Below are positions 10,995-22,791 of a DNA stretch of 64,000 bases, piece after piece. The translations under genes and the position numbers were made by a program. The DNA lies in NCBI RefSeq assembly GCF_035084215.1, contig NC_090332.1:12214001-12278000 (forward strand), written 5' to 3'. The notes under the pieces were generated by a model. That model saw nothing but the letters and a program-made list of their open reading frames with translations, had not been told where the DNA came from and ran no database searches. Every line of letters starts with the position of its first letter. Position 1 is the stretch's first letter. This stretch comes from Heptranchias perlo (Eukaryota).

Positions 10995-12340
10995 ACAAGC
11001 CTCCCGCCAGACTCCTCCACCGACAAAACCAGCAGCGTTAAAATTGCAGATCGGCGGGAAATGGAACCAATCCATTTTACCTGTTCCCCTGCTCCGTCTT
11101 CACTGTTCCCCTGCTCCGTCTTCACTGCTCCCTCGCTCTGCCTTCACTGTTCCCCTGCTCCGTCTTCACTGCTCCCCTGCTCCGTCTTCACTGCTCCCTC
11201 GCTCTGCCTTCACTGTTCCCCTGCTCCGTCTTCACTGCTCCCCTGCTCCGTCTTCACTGCTCCCCTGCTCCGTCTTCACTGCTCCCCTGCTCCGTCTTCA
11301 CTGCTCCCCTGCTCCGTCTTCACTGCTCCCCTGCTCCGTCTTCACTGCTCCCCTGCTCCGTCTTCACTGCTCCCCTGCTCCGTCTTCACTGCTCCCTCGC
11401 TCCGTCTTCACTGCTCCCCTGTTCCGTCTTCACTGCTCCCCTGCTCCGTCTTCACTGCTCCCCTGTTCCGTCTTCACTGCTCCCCTGCTCCGTCTTCACT
11501 GCTCCCCTGCTCCGTCTTCACTGCTCCCTCGCTCCGTCTTCACTGCTCCCCTGTTCCGTCTTCACTGCTCCCCTGCTCCGTCTTCACTGTTCCCCTGTTC
11601 CGTCTTCACTGCTCCCCTGCTCCGTCTTCACTGCTCCCCTGCTCCGTCTTCACTGCTCCCCTGTTCCGTCTTCACTGCTCCCCTGCTCCGTCTTCACTGC
11701 TCACCTGCTCCGTCTTCACTGCTCCCCCGCTCCGTCTTCACTGCTCCCTCGCTCCGTCTTCACTGCTCCCCCGCTCCGTCTTCACTGCTCCCTCGCTCCG
11801 TCTTCACTGCTCCCCTGCTCCGTCTTCACTGCTCCCTCGCTCCGTCTTCACTGCTCCCTCGCTCCGTCTTCACTGCTCCCCTGCTCCGTCTTCACTGCTC
11901 CCCTGCTCCGTCTTCACTGCTCCCCTGTTCCGTCTTCACTGCTCCCCTGTTCCGTCTTCACTGCTCCCCTGTTCTGTCTTCACTGCTCCCCCGCTCCGTC
12001 TTCACTGCTCCCTCGCTCCGTCTTCACTGCTCCCCTGCTCCGTCTTCACTGCTCCCCTGCTCCGACTTCACTGCTCCCCTGCTCCGACTTCACTGCTCCC
12101 CTGTTCCGTCTTCACTGCTCCCCTGTTCCGTCTTCACTGCTCCCCTGTTCTGTCTTCACTGCTCCCCTGTTCCGTCTTCACTGCTCCCCTGTTCTGTCTT
12201 CACTGCTCCCCTGTTCCGTCTTCACTGCTCCCTCGCTCCGTCTTCACTGCTCCCCTGTTCCGTCTTCACTGCTCCCCTGTTCTGTCTTCACTGCTCCCTC
12301 GCTCCGTCCCCACCAATGGGGGAGAGTTAAAATCGCCCCT
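10995..12340. mobile_element. Harbinger-type MITE end hosting the 22-bp minisatellite
   Basis: gttaaaattgcagatcggcggg before the array; terminal ggggagagttaaaatcgcccc after it. Confidence 0.6.
11079..12308. repeat. Minisatellite, 22-bp unit (ctgctcccctgctccgtcttca)
   Basis: About 55 tandem units, strongly pyrimidine-rich on +; variants ctgttc, cctcgc, ccccgc. Confidence 0.98.
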
Positions 12341-12432
12341 TATACTTTAGACCTCATTAACATATTTTTCTTTAATGAGCATAGCGCAGGGCTGGTGCAC
12401 AGAATCTGAGTGTTGCAGGTGCTCCCAGGACC

Positions 12433-12784
12433 TACAAGATGCATTGCAGCAACTCACCAAGGCTTCTTCGACAGCACCTCCCAAACCCGCGACCTCCACC
12501 ACCTAGAAGGACAAGGGCAGCAGGCATATGGGAACAACACCACCTGCACGTTCCCCTCCAAGTCACACACCATCCCAACTTGGAAATATATCACCGTTCC
12601 TTCATCGTCGCTGGGTCAAAAACCTGGAACTCCCTTCCTAACAGCACTGTGGGAGAACCGTCACCACACGGACTACAGCGGTTCAAGAAGGCGGCTCACC
12701 ACCACCTTCTCAAGGGCAATTAGGGATGGGCAATAAATGCCGGTCTTGCCAGTGACGCCCACATCCCGTGAACGAATTAGAAAA
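12433..12784 (+). mobile_element. LINE-B (CR1/L2-group, clade unassigned) 3' end
   Basis: MHCSNSPRLLRQHLPNPRP..WNSLPNSTVG..LQRFKKAAHHHLLKGN*; tail gggcaataaatgcc..cccacatccc. Confidence 0.9.
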
Positions 12785-12790
12785 TATATT

Positions 12791-13549
12791 GGGCTGTGAT
12801 ATTTACGGGAAGGTGGTTCAACGGCCGGGAAACTCAGAAATACGGATTCCCCGGAAGTCCTGTCGAATTTAACAGCAGGACCTCATTAACATTTTTTGAA
12901 TCCGTTTCCCGGCCGCAGCCAGCCAGATTGAAAGCTTGGCTCGCTCTCGGGCAGGTAGGCCTGCGGCACCAGGCTGGGAGAGGAGGGAGGGAGGGAGGGA
13001 GGGAGGGAGGGGGAGATCGTGGGTCAGATATCGGGGGGGGGGGGGGAGGGGCTCTGGAGAGATCGGTCTGGGATTGGAGAGTTCAGGGAAGGGGTCTCAT
13101 CGCGGGGGTTTCCAACGTGGTGGGGGAGCCCGAGTGCGGGGGTCCGATCGTGGGGAGGTTAAGAGGTTTGCTGTGGTGGGGGGGCGGGGTGGGGGGGGAG
13201 ATCAGGGGGAAGCACTCCTGCTCCTCCTGGCCCACAAGCCACTTACCTGTTCGATCTGGCCGCTCTCGCCTCCCTTCAGCTGCCGGGTTTCCCGAGGTCC
13301 TGGGAAACCCGGCCCCCCCAGGAGTTAAACCTGAAACAGAGCTAAAATTTGAGGCAAGCAGCCTCATTAAAATATTTAAATGAGGGACCCACCTCCGGAG
13401 AGCAAGTTAGTCGCCCTCCCCCCGACCCGCCTCCATTAAAACCGGAAGTTGGAGGCAGGTTGGGGGCGGGCTTCCCATTTTTTACTTTTTGACCCCACCT
13501 CCACCCCTCACCGTCCATCCGTGGGCGGGGGGGGGTTAAAATTACCCCC
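12791..13549. mobile_element. MITE (Harbinger-like), G-rich interior
   Basis: Ends ggggttaaaattaccccc; possible ATT duplication; homologous in reverse to 32543-32990. Confidence 0.7.
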
Positions 13550-14153
13550 ATTATCGAGCGCTACACATGTGTGCCTGTGGGGTGCTGAGTGAACGTCAGG
13601 CTTCAGTGCTCCACAATACAAGGAGCAGGCGCCCAGTACGCAGAATTACTGGAGCTTATTATTGGTTTCATTATTTTTCAAAGAGCAGGGAAGGTAGGGC
13701 CTTTTCTTCACAATAAAGTGAAGGCAATAGAACATATCAGCCGAAGACTGGAAGGAAGGTCAGACGACAAATGTGTTCTAACTTGGGAGCCTCATAATGA
13801 ACTCAAATCTAGAAACCTTTAGCATCTGATTAAATTAAGTAATAATGGATGAGCAGTTGTACCACGCTGGGGAATTGAAGACGGGCATGTCGCTTTGAAG
13901 GCTGAATGCTTTCATCTGTTTGTTAACCTCGACGTTTTGATTGCATTTTCTACTTGTGTTTGGGCCACCAATTTTTTCTTCTTCTCGTCCTTTTTTATTT
14001 CGCATTTTTTTAGGAATCGCTTCTCGAGCTCAAACACTGGCAGAGGATTCTACATCGGTGCTGACATGCGGGAGGGGGCGACTGGTTGGCAACCCATCAA
14101 GATTGACAGCGTCTCATGACACTATCCTCAAGTGGGATGTGTTGGTCCTCGGT

Positions 14154-14444
14154 TAGGGGTTGCCAACCCTCCAGGATTGCCCTGGAGTCTCCGGAAATTC
14201 CCTGGATTCTCCAGGAATTGAAGATTAATCTCCAGGACACTACTGCGAGCAACCCAGAAAGAAAAATCATAGGGGTGTTAAAAAATAAAATTGTGTTTCT
14301 TTTCATTTCTTCCTCTGTTTATTAGTTATAAAAATATTGGGTCGTGAGGATGAACATGTTGGGCGACCAATGGTGGGAGTGTGGGGGCAGGATGTCATGT
14401 GATCAAACATCCAGGAATACATTCAACCAGAGTTGGCAACCCTA
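14154..14444. mobile_element. hAT-type MITE
   Basis: TIRs taggg(g)ttgccaac / gttggcaacccta; degenerate 8-bp TSD tcctcggt (14146-14153) / ttctcagt (14445-14452). Confidence 0.85.
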
Positions 14445-14519
14445 TTCTCAGTCGAAGAATATACGGGTACGTCATATCGGAATGCTGAATTATTTTTACA
14501 AAGTGGGATTGGATTAGAT

Positions 14520-14935
14520 TGGATTCACAAGGATGATACCAGAACTGAGAGGGTATATTTATCAGGAAAGACTGAACAGGCTGGAGCTCTTTTCTCTTGA
14601 AAAGAGAAGGCTGAGGGGTGACCTGATAGAGGTCTTTAAGATAATGATAGGGTTTGACAGAGTGGACGTGGAGAAAATGTTTCCACTTGTGGGGGGAGTC
14701 CAAAACTAGAGGTCATCAATATAAGATAGTCACTAATAAATCCAAAAGGAGTAGTTGAGGCAAATAGTATAGGTGCATTTAAGGGGAATCTAGATAAGCA
14801 CACAAGGGAGAAAGGAATAGAAAGATATGCTGATAGGGGTAGATGAAGTAGGCGCATGTGGAGCATAAACACCAGCATGGGTCAGTTGGGCCAAATGGCC
14901 TATTTCCATGCTGTAGTTTCGATGTAACTCGATAC
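14520..14935 (+). mobile_element. CR1 LINE (family C) 3' end
   Basis: ERLNRLELFSLEKRRLRGDLIEVFKI motif; tail gtggagcataaacaccagc..gggccaaatggcct. Confidence 0.9.
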
Positions 14936-15529
14936 ACAGCAACTGATGCCTGGGAGTGATTACAAGCTCCCATTGTATTGGATCTCTGAGTCCCACTTAC
15001 TGCCCTGAAATCACTCCCTACTTTCTGCTCAATCTGATGCTGAGGTTTATTCTGTTTTTGCAGCACCACCAGTTCTCATTCTGTGATTGAAACTCTCGGT
15101 CAGGAGCAGCACCTGTAAGGAAGCACAGGTAGGAAATCGTGGGACCATAGCTTGTGAGTTCATGTCTATAAACACGTTCACACAGAAGGATTAATATCTG
15201 CTAAATGATCAGTGCAGAAATATTCCAACATTTTCCTCTGTGCTTTAGTTTTAACTATAAAATCCTTGGGACCAAAAATCCAGAGGGATGGGAGGGGGTG
15301 TGATTAGGGGCCAGGAGACACTGGCCAGATGTTCCTGTACCTCCAGCATGGGAGGACATAGACGGCTAACATGAGGCTGACCTGGGGGTCCAGACTTGGG
15401 TCATAGCCTGGATCCCCCGAAGGTACAGAACATTTTTTGGCACATTTCTTGGCCCCCAATTTATAAGGAGGGCTGATGGGTGATGATGTTTCTGGAGGAG
15501 AGGGGTCCAGCACCCCATCCGCGGACTCC

Positions 15530-15660
15530 ATACCCCACATCCTATCCCCGCACCCAGTACCCTATCCCCAGACCCTGCGCCCTGTCCCCGGGCCCCGCGT
15601 CCCGCCCAGAGCCCAGCGTCCCGTCCCAGAGCCCCATCCCAGGTCCCAGGGCCCCGTCCC
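15530..15660. repeat. Degenerate C-rich ~20-bp repeat (G-quadruplex-prone on minus strand)
   Basis: Repeated cccc/gtccc(c)/agagccc blocks. Confidence 0.55.
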
Positions 15661-15794
15661 ATTGTAATAATGGAATCGTATTATGTATGATCTGTATTTT
15701 ATTGTTTTTGAATTGAATTTGTGACATCTATATTGAACTGTGTGTATCCTTAAATATTATGAAATAAAGTATATTTTGAAATTAAAAAAAACAC

Positions 15795-15865
15795 CCAGGC
15801 AGTCCTGGCATGAATCAGCACCTTCAGGGGAGGAGAGACAAGGAGAGAAAATTGGAGAGGTGGGG
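15795..15865 (+). mobile_element. AmnSINE2-like SINE 3' fragment
   Basis: catgaatcagcaccttcaggggaggag..agaaattgg resembles the family tail (cf. 38340-38375). Confidence 0.4.
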
Positions 15866-16839
15866 GAAGGAAAAAGAAGGAAATGATCTGCAGTTGACAA
15901 CCTGGGAAATTCCAGGGCTGATACCGCAGCCCCAGCGGGGTAGCCCACCCATGACGAGTGCATCGTGGTGAATCGCGGGCACACGGCCTATAATTATGTC
16001 TCCGTTAAAATGAATGGGCCTGCTGGGTCCCTCTTGGGGAGGGCAGGATCACGTGATCTACGTCATATAGACATCGGAGCAGTAATATTCCTGAGCCTGA
16101 CTTGAAAACCGATTGTTCTTCTGCCCCTTCGCAATCCTCTCTCCTCAGAGGTGATGATTTATATTTAATACAGGTTCCTGTCATTCCCCGAATTGGCTAC
16201 TCTCATGAGCCTGGGCAAGTGGCTGTTGGAGTGCGGGGGCTCGGAGGGTGGGGACGTCAGAGTCAGACCTAATCGTTGCTGGTCTTCCAGACGTAGGCAT
16301 GAGCGTCACACCTGATGACTGTGTGCAATTGAGGCCTTCCAAGCCTGAAGGGTGACTGAACATTGAATGCTGAACCCAGACAGCCAGCACCGCTCCTCCT
16401 CATGCAATACACATCCAACCCTGCAGTAATGGTTAGAGGGAGCTGTTACGCTGCCACAGTTCACCACGGAAATCGGATCTCCTTGATCTTAAAGGGGCAG
16501 TCTCTTCATGACAAAAAAAATGTTTGGCAAACCTACGCTTGTGTGCGATGGGGAAGGTTTAAATCATCTTCATCGTGATAACACTGCACCTCAGTGACGT
16601 ACCTCCTGCCGTTTGCTTGCAAACAAAAATGTGATTCACCAGGACATTTTCTTGTCATGATCATTGAGCTCCTTGAATTGAAATGTTCTCTTGGAAATAT
16701 TAGCTCAAACATCTGCACAAAGTAACGTACAAAAATGGCCTTCCCCCCCCCTCCAACCTTAGAATTTTTTTAACAGCAGGACTGAGAATAAGTGCTGACA
16801 CCTGTGAGAATAGGCTAGCACAAAAAAAAAACCAATTGT

Positions 16840-17458
16840 ACAACAACTTGCATTTATATAGCGCCTTTAACGTCGTTAAACGTTCCAAGGCGCTTCACAG
16901 GAGAAAATTTGACACCGTGCCTCATAAGGAGGTAATAGGACAGGTGGCTAAAAGCTTGATAGGTTTTTAGGAGAGTCTTAAAGAAGGAGAGAGAGGTGTA
17001 GGGAGGGAATTCCAGAGCTTAGGGCCCAGGAAGCTGAAGGCACGGCCGCCAATGGTGGAGCGATTTAAAATCGGGGCTGCTCAAGAGGCAGGAATTGTTG
17101 TAGGGTTGTAGGGCTGGAGGAGATTACAGAGATAGGGAGGGGCGAGGCCACGGAGGGATTTGAAAACAAGGGCGGGAATTTTAAAAATCGAGATGTTCCC
17201 GGACCGGGAGCCAATGTAGGTCGGCGAGCACAGAGGGTGATGGGTGAACGGGACTTGGCGCAAGTTAGGATACGGGCAGCAGAGTTTTGGATGAGCTCAA
17301 GTTTACGGAGGGTGGAAGATAGGAAGCCGGCCAGGAGAGCATTGGAATAGTCAAATCTAGAGGTAACAAAGGCCAGGATGAGGGTTTCAGCAGCAGATGA
17401 GCTGAGGCAGGGGTGGAGACAGGCGATGTTACTGAGGTGGAAGTAAGCGGTCTTGGTG
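16840..17458 (-). mobile_element. L2 LINE 3' end
   Basis: TKTAYFHLSNIACL..AETLILAFVTSRFDYSNALLAG..KLELIQNSAARILT; L2 tail at 16840-16895. Confidence 0.93.
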
Positions 17459-17499
17459 AACAAATGTAAATTGTTTATGAAGCTCAGTGGGTAGTAAAT

Positions 17500-17860
17500 G
17501 GGCAACTTTGGTGAGTCGCTGAAGCACACGTTCATGGCCGTTTCAATCCCTAATCCGTTATGAGGTAGCTCATCTCAGGGGGTGGGGGTCAGGGGTGGTG
17601 TTGCGACAATTGTTCACAGGCTAAAGAAAGGATAAAGTCAGGCAGGATATCGTCTCATCCACTCACCGTCCAGTGACCCCCGGCTGGAAAGTGCGCATGG
17701 ATGGACTTTGAGTGAATACGGCATCGTGCTTGGCCCTGATGGCCGCACACACCCCTGTGGTCAAGTAAACCGTTGGCATTCAGCCATTGGGGCGCAAGAA
17801 TGATAAAAGGACAAGGCTGGGCTGTCAGTGCATGGGAAACATGTCCCAGTTTGAGTAAGG
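17500..17860 (+). mobile_element. AmnSINE2-like tRNA SINE, degenerate
   Basis: gtagctcatctcag..caattg..tccagtgacccc..gctggaaagtgcg; homologous to 36935-37180. Confidence 0.55.
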
Positions 17861-18451
17861 GTGGTTGGGGGGTAGTGGAGGGGGGGGGAATTGCAAAAAG
17901 AAATGGGATTTGTACAATTAACGTTAGTGCAGGTTTGTTTTTTGCTAACCTTAATAAACGAGACGTGTTGTAGATGGCACTTGGAAATTCACGTTTATAA
18001 AGACCATTGTATTATCAGAAGGATCACACCTGTTTTCATGGCGATATTTAGCAGCATGGGGAAGATGAGGGGGTTGGCTGGGTCTTTCAATCGTCCAGGG
18101 AGTGGGACTTTAAAGGAGGTAAGTAACGCAGCTCAAGTAAAAGTTGGGAAGCTGGATTGTGCTAATCATTGGTTGGGAGCCTCCCGACAGGCCGGGTAAT
18201 GATTGCATCAGTGGAGACATTAAAAACACAGGGCTGAATACTCCTTTAATTTACTTATGTTTATCCTAACAATTTCTCCCAATCTAGCTGACAAAGTGGC
18301 AACTTCAGCATCTGTTCGCACCCGAGGCTATAATTTACACAGGGCCTGCACCGCCCTGAGAGATCATTTCTGCCACTATCAAATGATAAAAACAGCTATC
18401 AACCTCAGAGCCACGCAGTGTACAAAATGGGACCCCAGTTCCTCAAACCAT

Positions 18452-18890
18452 TATAGAATCATAGAATCATACAGCACAGAAGGAGGCCATTCGGCCCATC
18501 ATGCCCGTGCCGGCTCTTTGAAAGAGCTATCCAATTAATCCCACTCCCCTCTCTTTCCCCATAGCCCTGCAAATTTTTCCTTTTCAAATATTTATTCAAT
18601 TCCCTTTTGAAAGTTACTATTGAATCTGCTTCCACCATCCTTTCAGGCAATGCATTGCAGATCATTACAAATCACAGCGTAAAAATAAATCGTCTCATCT
18701 GCCCCCTGGCTTTTTTTGCCAATTATCTTAAACCTGTGTCCTGTGGTTACCAACCCTCCTGCCAGTGGAAACAGTTTCTCCCTATCTACCCTATCAATAG
18801 CCCTCATTATTTTGAACACCTCTATCAAATCTCCCCTTAATCTTCTCTGCTGTAAGGAAAACAACTCCAGCTTCTCCAGTCTCTCCACAT
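18452..18890 (-). mobile_element. CR1 LINE (family B) 3' end
   Basis: ERLEKLELFSLQQRRLRGDLIEVFKIM; tail ggcctccttctgtgctgtatgattctatgattcta. Confidence 0.93.
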
Positions 18891-19689
18891 TAGATCCTTG
18901 ATTCTAACACTCTTTCTCCCATTATTATTCTTTCCAGGACAAGTTGGTTGGCAAATGAGCAGGACTGAACGCACAAGCTCCCCTCCCCTGTAAATAGCCC
19001 GAAGGCTGTCAGGAGGTTTTCCTGCCCATTAAAACGGACTAATTAACGATAGTTTCGGCAGGCTGGTTTTATTTTAATTTGATTTCATAAATAATTAGGC
19101 CGAGCAGCGATGCTTGATACTAATCACGGATGACTAGTTTCTTAACCGAAACGTGGGAATATTTTTTTTTAAAACAAGAGACGCTTATCATAAAGGTTAA
19201 AAATAAAATACATTCTTAATGGAGCAGGAATAGGGCAATTTATTATCCCTAGAAAGTACATGTGAAGGTTTCGTTGCTCAGTAACCCACAGTCATCATTC
19301 ATAACCGAGGCTGGTTCTCATTAACCATGCAGCAAAATTTATTTAACAAGAAGAAATATGTTAAACACCAGGTTAATGCAGTAACATGTCTCAATAATTT
19401 GGCGAAATGATGAGAAAGAATGTTGTGCAGCCTATTTACCAGCATTGAGATCATATATTGCTGGGACTGCAAATTGTTCCCTGAGGAAACCGGTTGAATT
19501 CCAGACCAACAATTTGCTTGTAACTATGTTGTTACTAATGCATGAGGACAGTGATTTATACTGAGAATGATTTAATCGCACTGTCGGAACATGGGGCTTT
19601 GTGATTTGTTTTTCCTCAAATCTCCAAAAACAAAAGTCTTAGGTTCTGGGTCACAGCCATGATGTGATGGAAATATTGGCGATTCCGTC

Positions 19690-20090
19690 CACTGACGGCT
19701 CACTGTCACACTCACAGGGCCTGGGTTACGCTGTTCACTGATAGCCTCACTGTCACACTCACAGGGCCTGGGTTACGCTGTTCACTGATAGCCTCACTGT
19801 CACACTCACAGGGCCTGGGTTACGCTGTTCACTGATAGCCTCACTGTCACACTCACAGGGCCTGGGTTACGCTGTTCACTGATAGCCTCACTGTCACACT
19901 CACAGGGCCTGGGTTACGCTGTTCACTGATAGCCTCACTGTCACACTCACAGGGCCTGGGTGAGGCAGTTCACTAACGGCCCACTGTCACACTCACAGGG
20001 CCTGGGTGAGGCAGTTCACTAACAGCCCACTGTCACACTCACAGGGCCTGGGTGAGGCAGTTCACTAACAGCTCACTGTTATATTCACAG
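19690..20090. repeat. Minisatellite, 46-47-bp unit (cactgatagcctcactgtcacactcacagggcctgggttacgctgtt)
   Basis: About 8.5 tandem units; a near-identical 47-bp block followed by a 46-bp variant block (tgaggcagttcactaac). Confidence 0.97.
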
Positions 20091-20409
20091 GAGTTAATGT
20101 AACTTCTTGGGACCAACCGTCAAGGTTGAAAAAGTGTAGGAGAGGAGGAAATCATATTCAGGTGACATTTCAAAAGTTTGTAGAGAAGGCGGAGAGAACG
20201 ATTATGGTTTTTATGTCTGGGAAGGAGTGAGAGTATATAACACATTTATTTACTAGCAATCAATTCTTAATCACTTTGCAGATAAACTATGTGACTAGAT
20301 CACAAACATTGATCCTTTCGCCTGGTCATCGATGACATGGAGAAAGTTGAGCTGTTGGCCAAAAACAGGATCCATAAGAACCCTCCCCAGCCCCCCAATA
20401 GGAGGCACG

Positions 20410-20570
20410 ATAGGTCAGTGTGTTGTACTTTAATCTCTGGACCCTGGGATTGAATCCAGCACAGACTGATGATGGGATGCAAGCTTCCTCTAGACGTAAA
20501 GGGCTCACGTGAAACGATCTCAGTTCTGTTCCCAATGGGCAGGGTATAGCCCTACATGGCCCACGGTTCA
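20410..20570 (+). mobile_element. LF-SINE-like fragment
   Basis: ctgggattgaatccagcacagact (B-box-like)..cacgtgaaacgatctcagttctgttcccaatgggcagg resembles recalled LF-SINE blocks. Confidence 0.5.
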
Positions 20571-20639
20571 ACTTAAATTGACAGTCTTATTCAGAGAGGC
20601 AGTAAGGACAGCTGGTGTGGGAAATGTATAAACAGGTCA

Positions 20640-21252
20640 GTCCCAATTTTAACCCGGAGCGGGATTCGGGCGGGGAGCAAGATGGGCGTCAAACCCCATC
20701 GGCACTGTGAGGACCGGGCTGATTTTAACTCCTGGGCCTTATCAGCCTGCTGCCCGTCCAAATCAGGACGGAAGCGGCCGGCAGGTGGGAATTCATGCGA
20801 AGGTGCGCTGGCCGGCACCCGGGTAAGTTGCAGGGGATGGCGGCGGGGGTTTTAGGAGGGTCTCAGAATCAGGAAGTGGGGTTGGCCAGGGGAAGCCTAA
20901 ACTTTCCTGGAGAGGCACCCACCCACCCCGGAGGAGCACACCTACTCCTCCTGTCCCTGCAAGGAAAGTAAAAAAAATAAACAAAGTCTTGCCTGTTTGG
21001 GCCTCTTCTAGTCCCAGATCCCGCTGTCTTCACCTGGCGGGAAACCGCCACCCTCCCGGGTTAAAATTGTTGTCAGGTCCAGATGACATCATCAGACCCC
21101 CCACCTGCTTATTTGAAGAAGGACCCGGCCGGCTTCAGGCAGGCGCCCTTTGCTGCCTGCTTTGTAGAGCGGGTTACAATAAGGTAGGGTAAGCAACCTG
21201 GGCGATTTGAACTGCTCACTTCTGCCGGGCAGGTAAGGTTAAAATCTGCCCC
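20640..21252. mobile_element. MITE (Harbinger-like)
   Basis: caattttaacc.. / ..ggttaaaatctgcccc termini; internal cctactcctcctg core. Confidence 0.7.
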
Positions 21253-21559
21253 TATTGATTTAAATTATGATTTAGCATTCCTGGTGCACAGCTTCATTGT
21301 GATGGAAGTGAATGTCATGGATTGGGGTATGGAGGTCAGTGCACCCAGCCTGATTTTTCCATCTGACTAAAATTACTTGCTGCCATCAATCCTGCCTTAA
21401 TGGTACATTTAGTACAATATTTACACTGCCAGAAAAAAAAATGGACTGTGTCATAGAGTTCATGTTTCACATATTATATAATGGAGATAGAATTTTGGTG
21501 CAATCGGAATGAGCGCTGACAGTTAATGAGCCGAGAAGATTATAAGTAATTTCACCTCA

Positions 21560-22280
21560 AGCTCTTCCTACTCCTCCTGGGCCCACAAGGAAATGGAAAA
21601 AAATATATAAAAATAAAATCTACTTACCTTTCTGGGCCTCCTCTTCTGCCCCCCCCCCCCACCCCACCCCGGTAACTCTTGCCCCCACATTGGCCTGCCA
21701 GAGAAGCCACGATGGTTTTCCAGCATAGGCTTCCTGTTAAAAGTCCAGGGCTCTTTTCTTTAGAGGGAGGTCTTTAAGATAATGAAATCGTTTGATAGGG
21801 TAAACGTAGAGAAAATGTTTCCACTTGTGGGGGAGTCTAAAACTAGAGGTCATCAATGTAAGATAGTCAATAGGGAACGCAGGAGAAACTTCTTTACCCA
21901 AAGAGTGGTAAGAATGTGGAACGCGTTACCACAAGAAGCAGTTGAGGCAAATAGCATAGATGCATTAAAGGGGAAGCCAGCTAAACACACGCGGGAGAAA
22001 GGAATAGAAGGATATCCTGATGGGATTAGATGAAGTAGGGAGGGAGGGGGCTCATGTCAAGCATAAATGCCGGCATAGACCAGTTGGGTCGAATGTGCTG
22101 TAGACTAGATGCAGCACATTCAACCCAACTGGAGCCCGATCTGCATGTTTAAAGAAGGACCTCGCTTCCTTCCGACGGGTGTCCTTCTCGCCTGCTCAGA
22201 AGAGCAGGTTGAGATCGCAACCCTGCGGGAAGGCAGCAGGATTGGTGCGGTAAGTCACCATTTTAACTGGCCGCTCGAGA
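21560..22280. mobile_element. MITE fragment split by a CR1 insertion
   Basis: cctactcctcctgggcccacaagg core on the left; tttaaagaaggacc..agaagagcaggttga on the right, as at 1345-1420. Confidence 0.6.
21748..22110 (+). mobile_element. CR1 LINE (family C) 3' end
   Basis: FDRVNVEKMFPLVGESKTRGH..RRNFFTQRVVRMWNALP. Confidence 0.9.
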
Positions 22281-22791
22281 GTAGGGAGACAGAGAATGAA
22301 CAAGCAATATACATCCACCTTTCCTCTGCCCTGTCCCTCTGTTTGTCAATCCTGGTGCTCTATATTCTACGCTGCTGTCCATAGAGTTTCACTCCAAGGA
22401 GCTCTGTGACGTTAGCAGAGAGGGACCCGCAATCACAGCCCCTGCTCCTGGTCACACTGGACTCAGTTAGATTATGGCATCAATGGTAACAAATTGCCAG
22501 CTGTCCAAACTCCAGACAACACAAGGCACCACGGACACTTTCAAAATGAAAAACAAAACGATTGGGTTTTTTTTGAACTTGGCTCGAGTGGATGAATACA
22601 ACGTATGTGTGACGGAGGCTGTGGGTTTGAGACGTAAACTACAAGTAGTGCAGCTGGTTTGTGTTGTGGTAAGTTGTATGGTCCGATGCCTTCATTGATT
22701 TTCTGTAATTCCCCTGCTTGCCCAATGCACTACCACATCCTGAAAACTACGTCCTGAAAGCTGAACGATGCCGTATTGCAGACTCCTGTAC

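Noticed and set aside
10894-12350. 478-aa and 429-aa Pro/Ser/Leu-rich ORFs
   Set aside because: Artefact of the 22-bp tandem repeat.
14016-14026. ATCGCTTCTCG matching the U2 snRNA 5' end (also GGCTAAGATCA near 59334)
   Set aside because: Only 11 nt each with no extension; compatible with chance.
19690-20090. CRISPR-like array
   Set aside because: Units are directly adjacent with no unique spacers, no cas genes, and the context is eukaryotic. The same holds for the other arrays.
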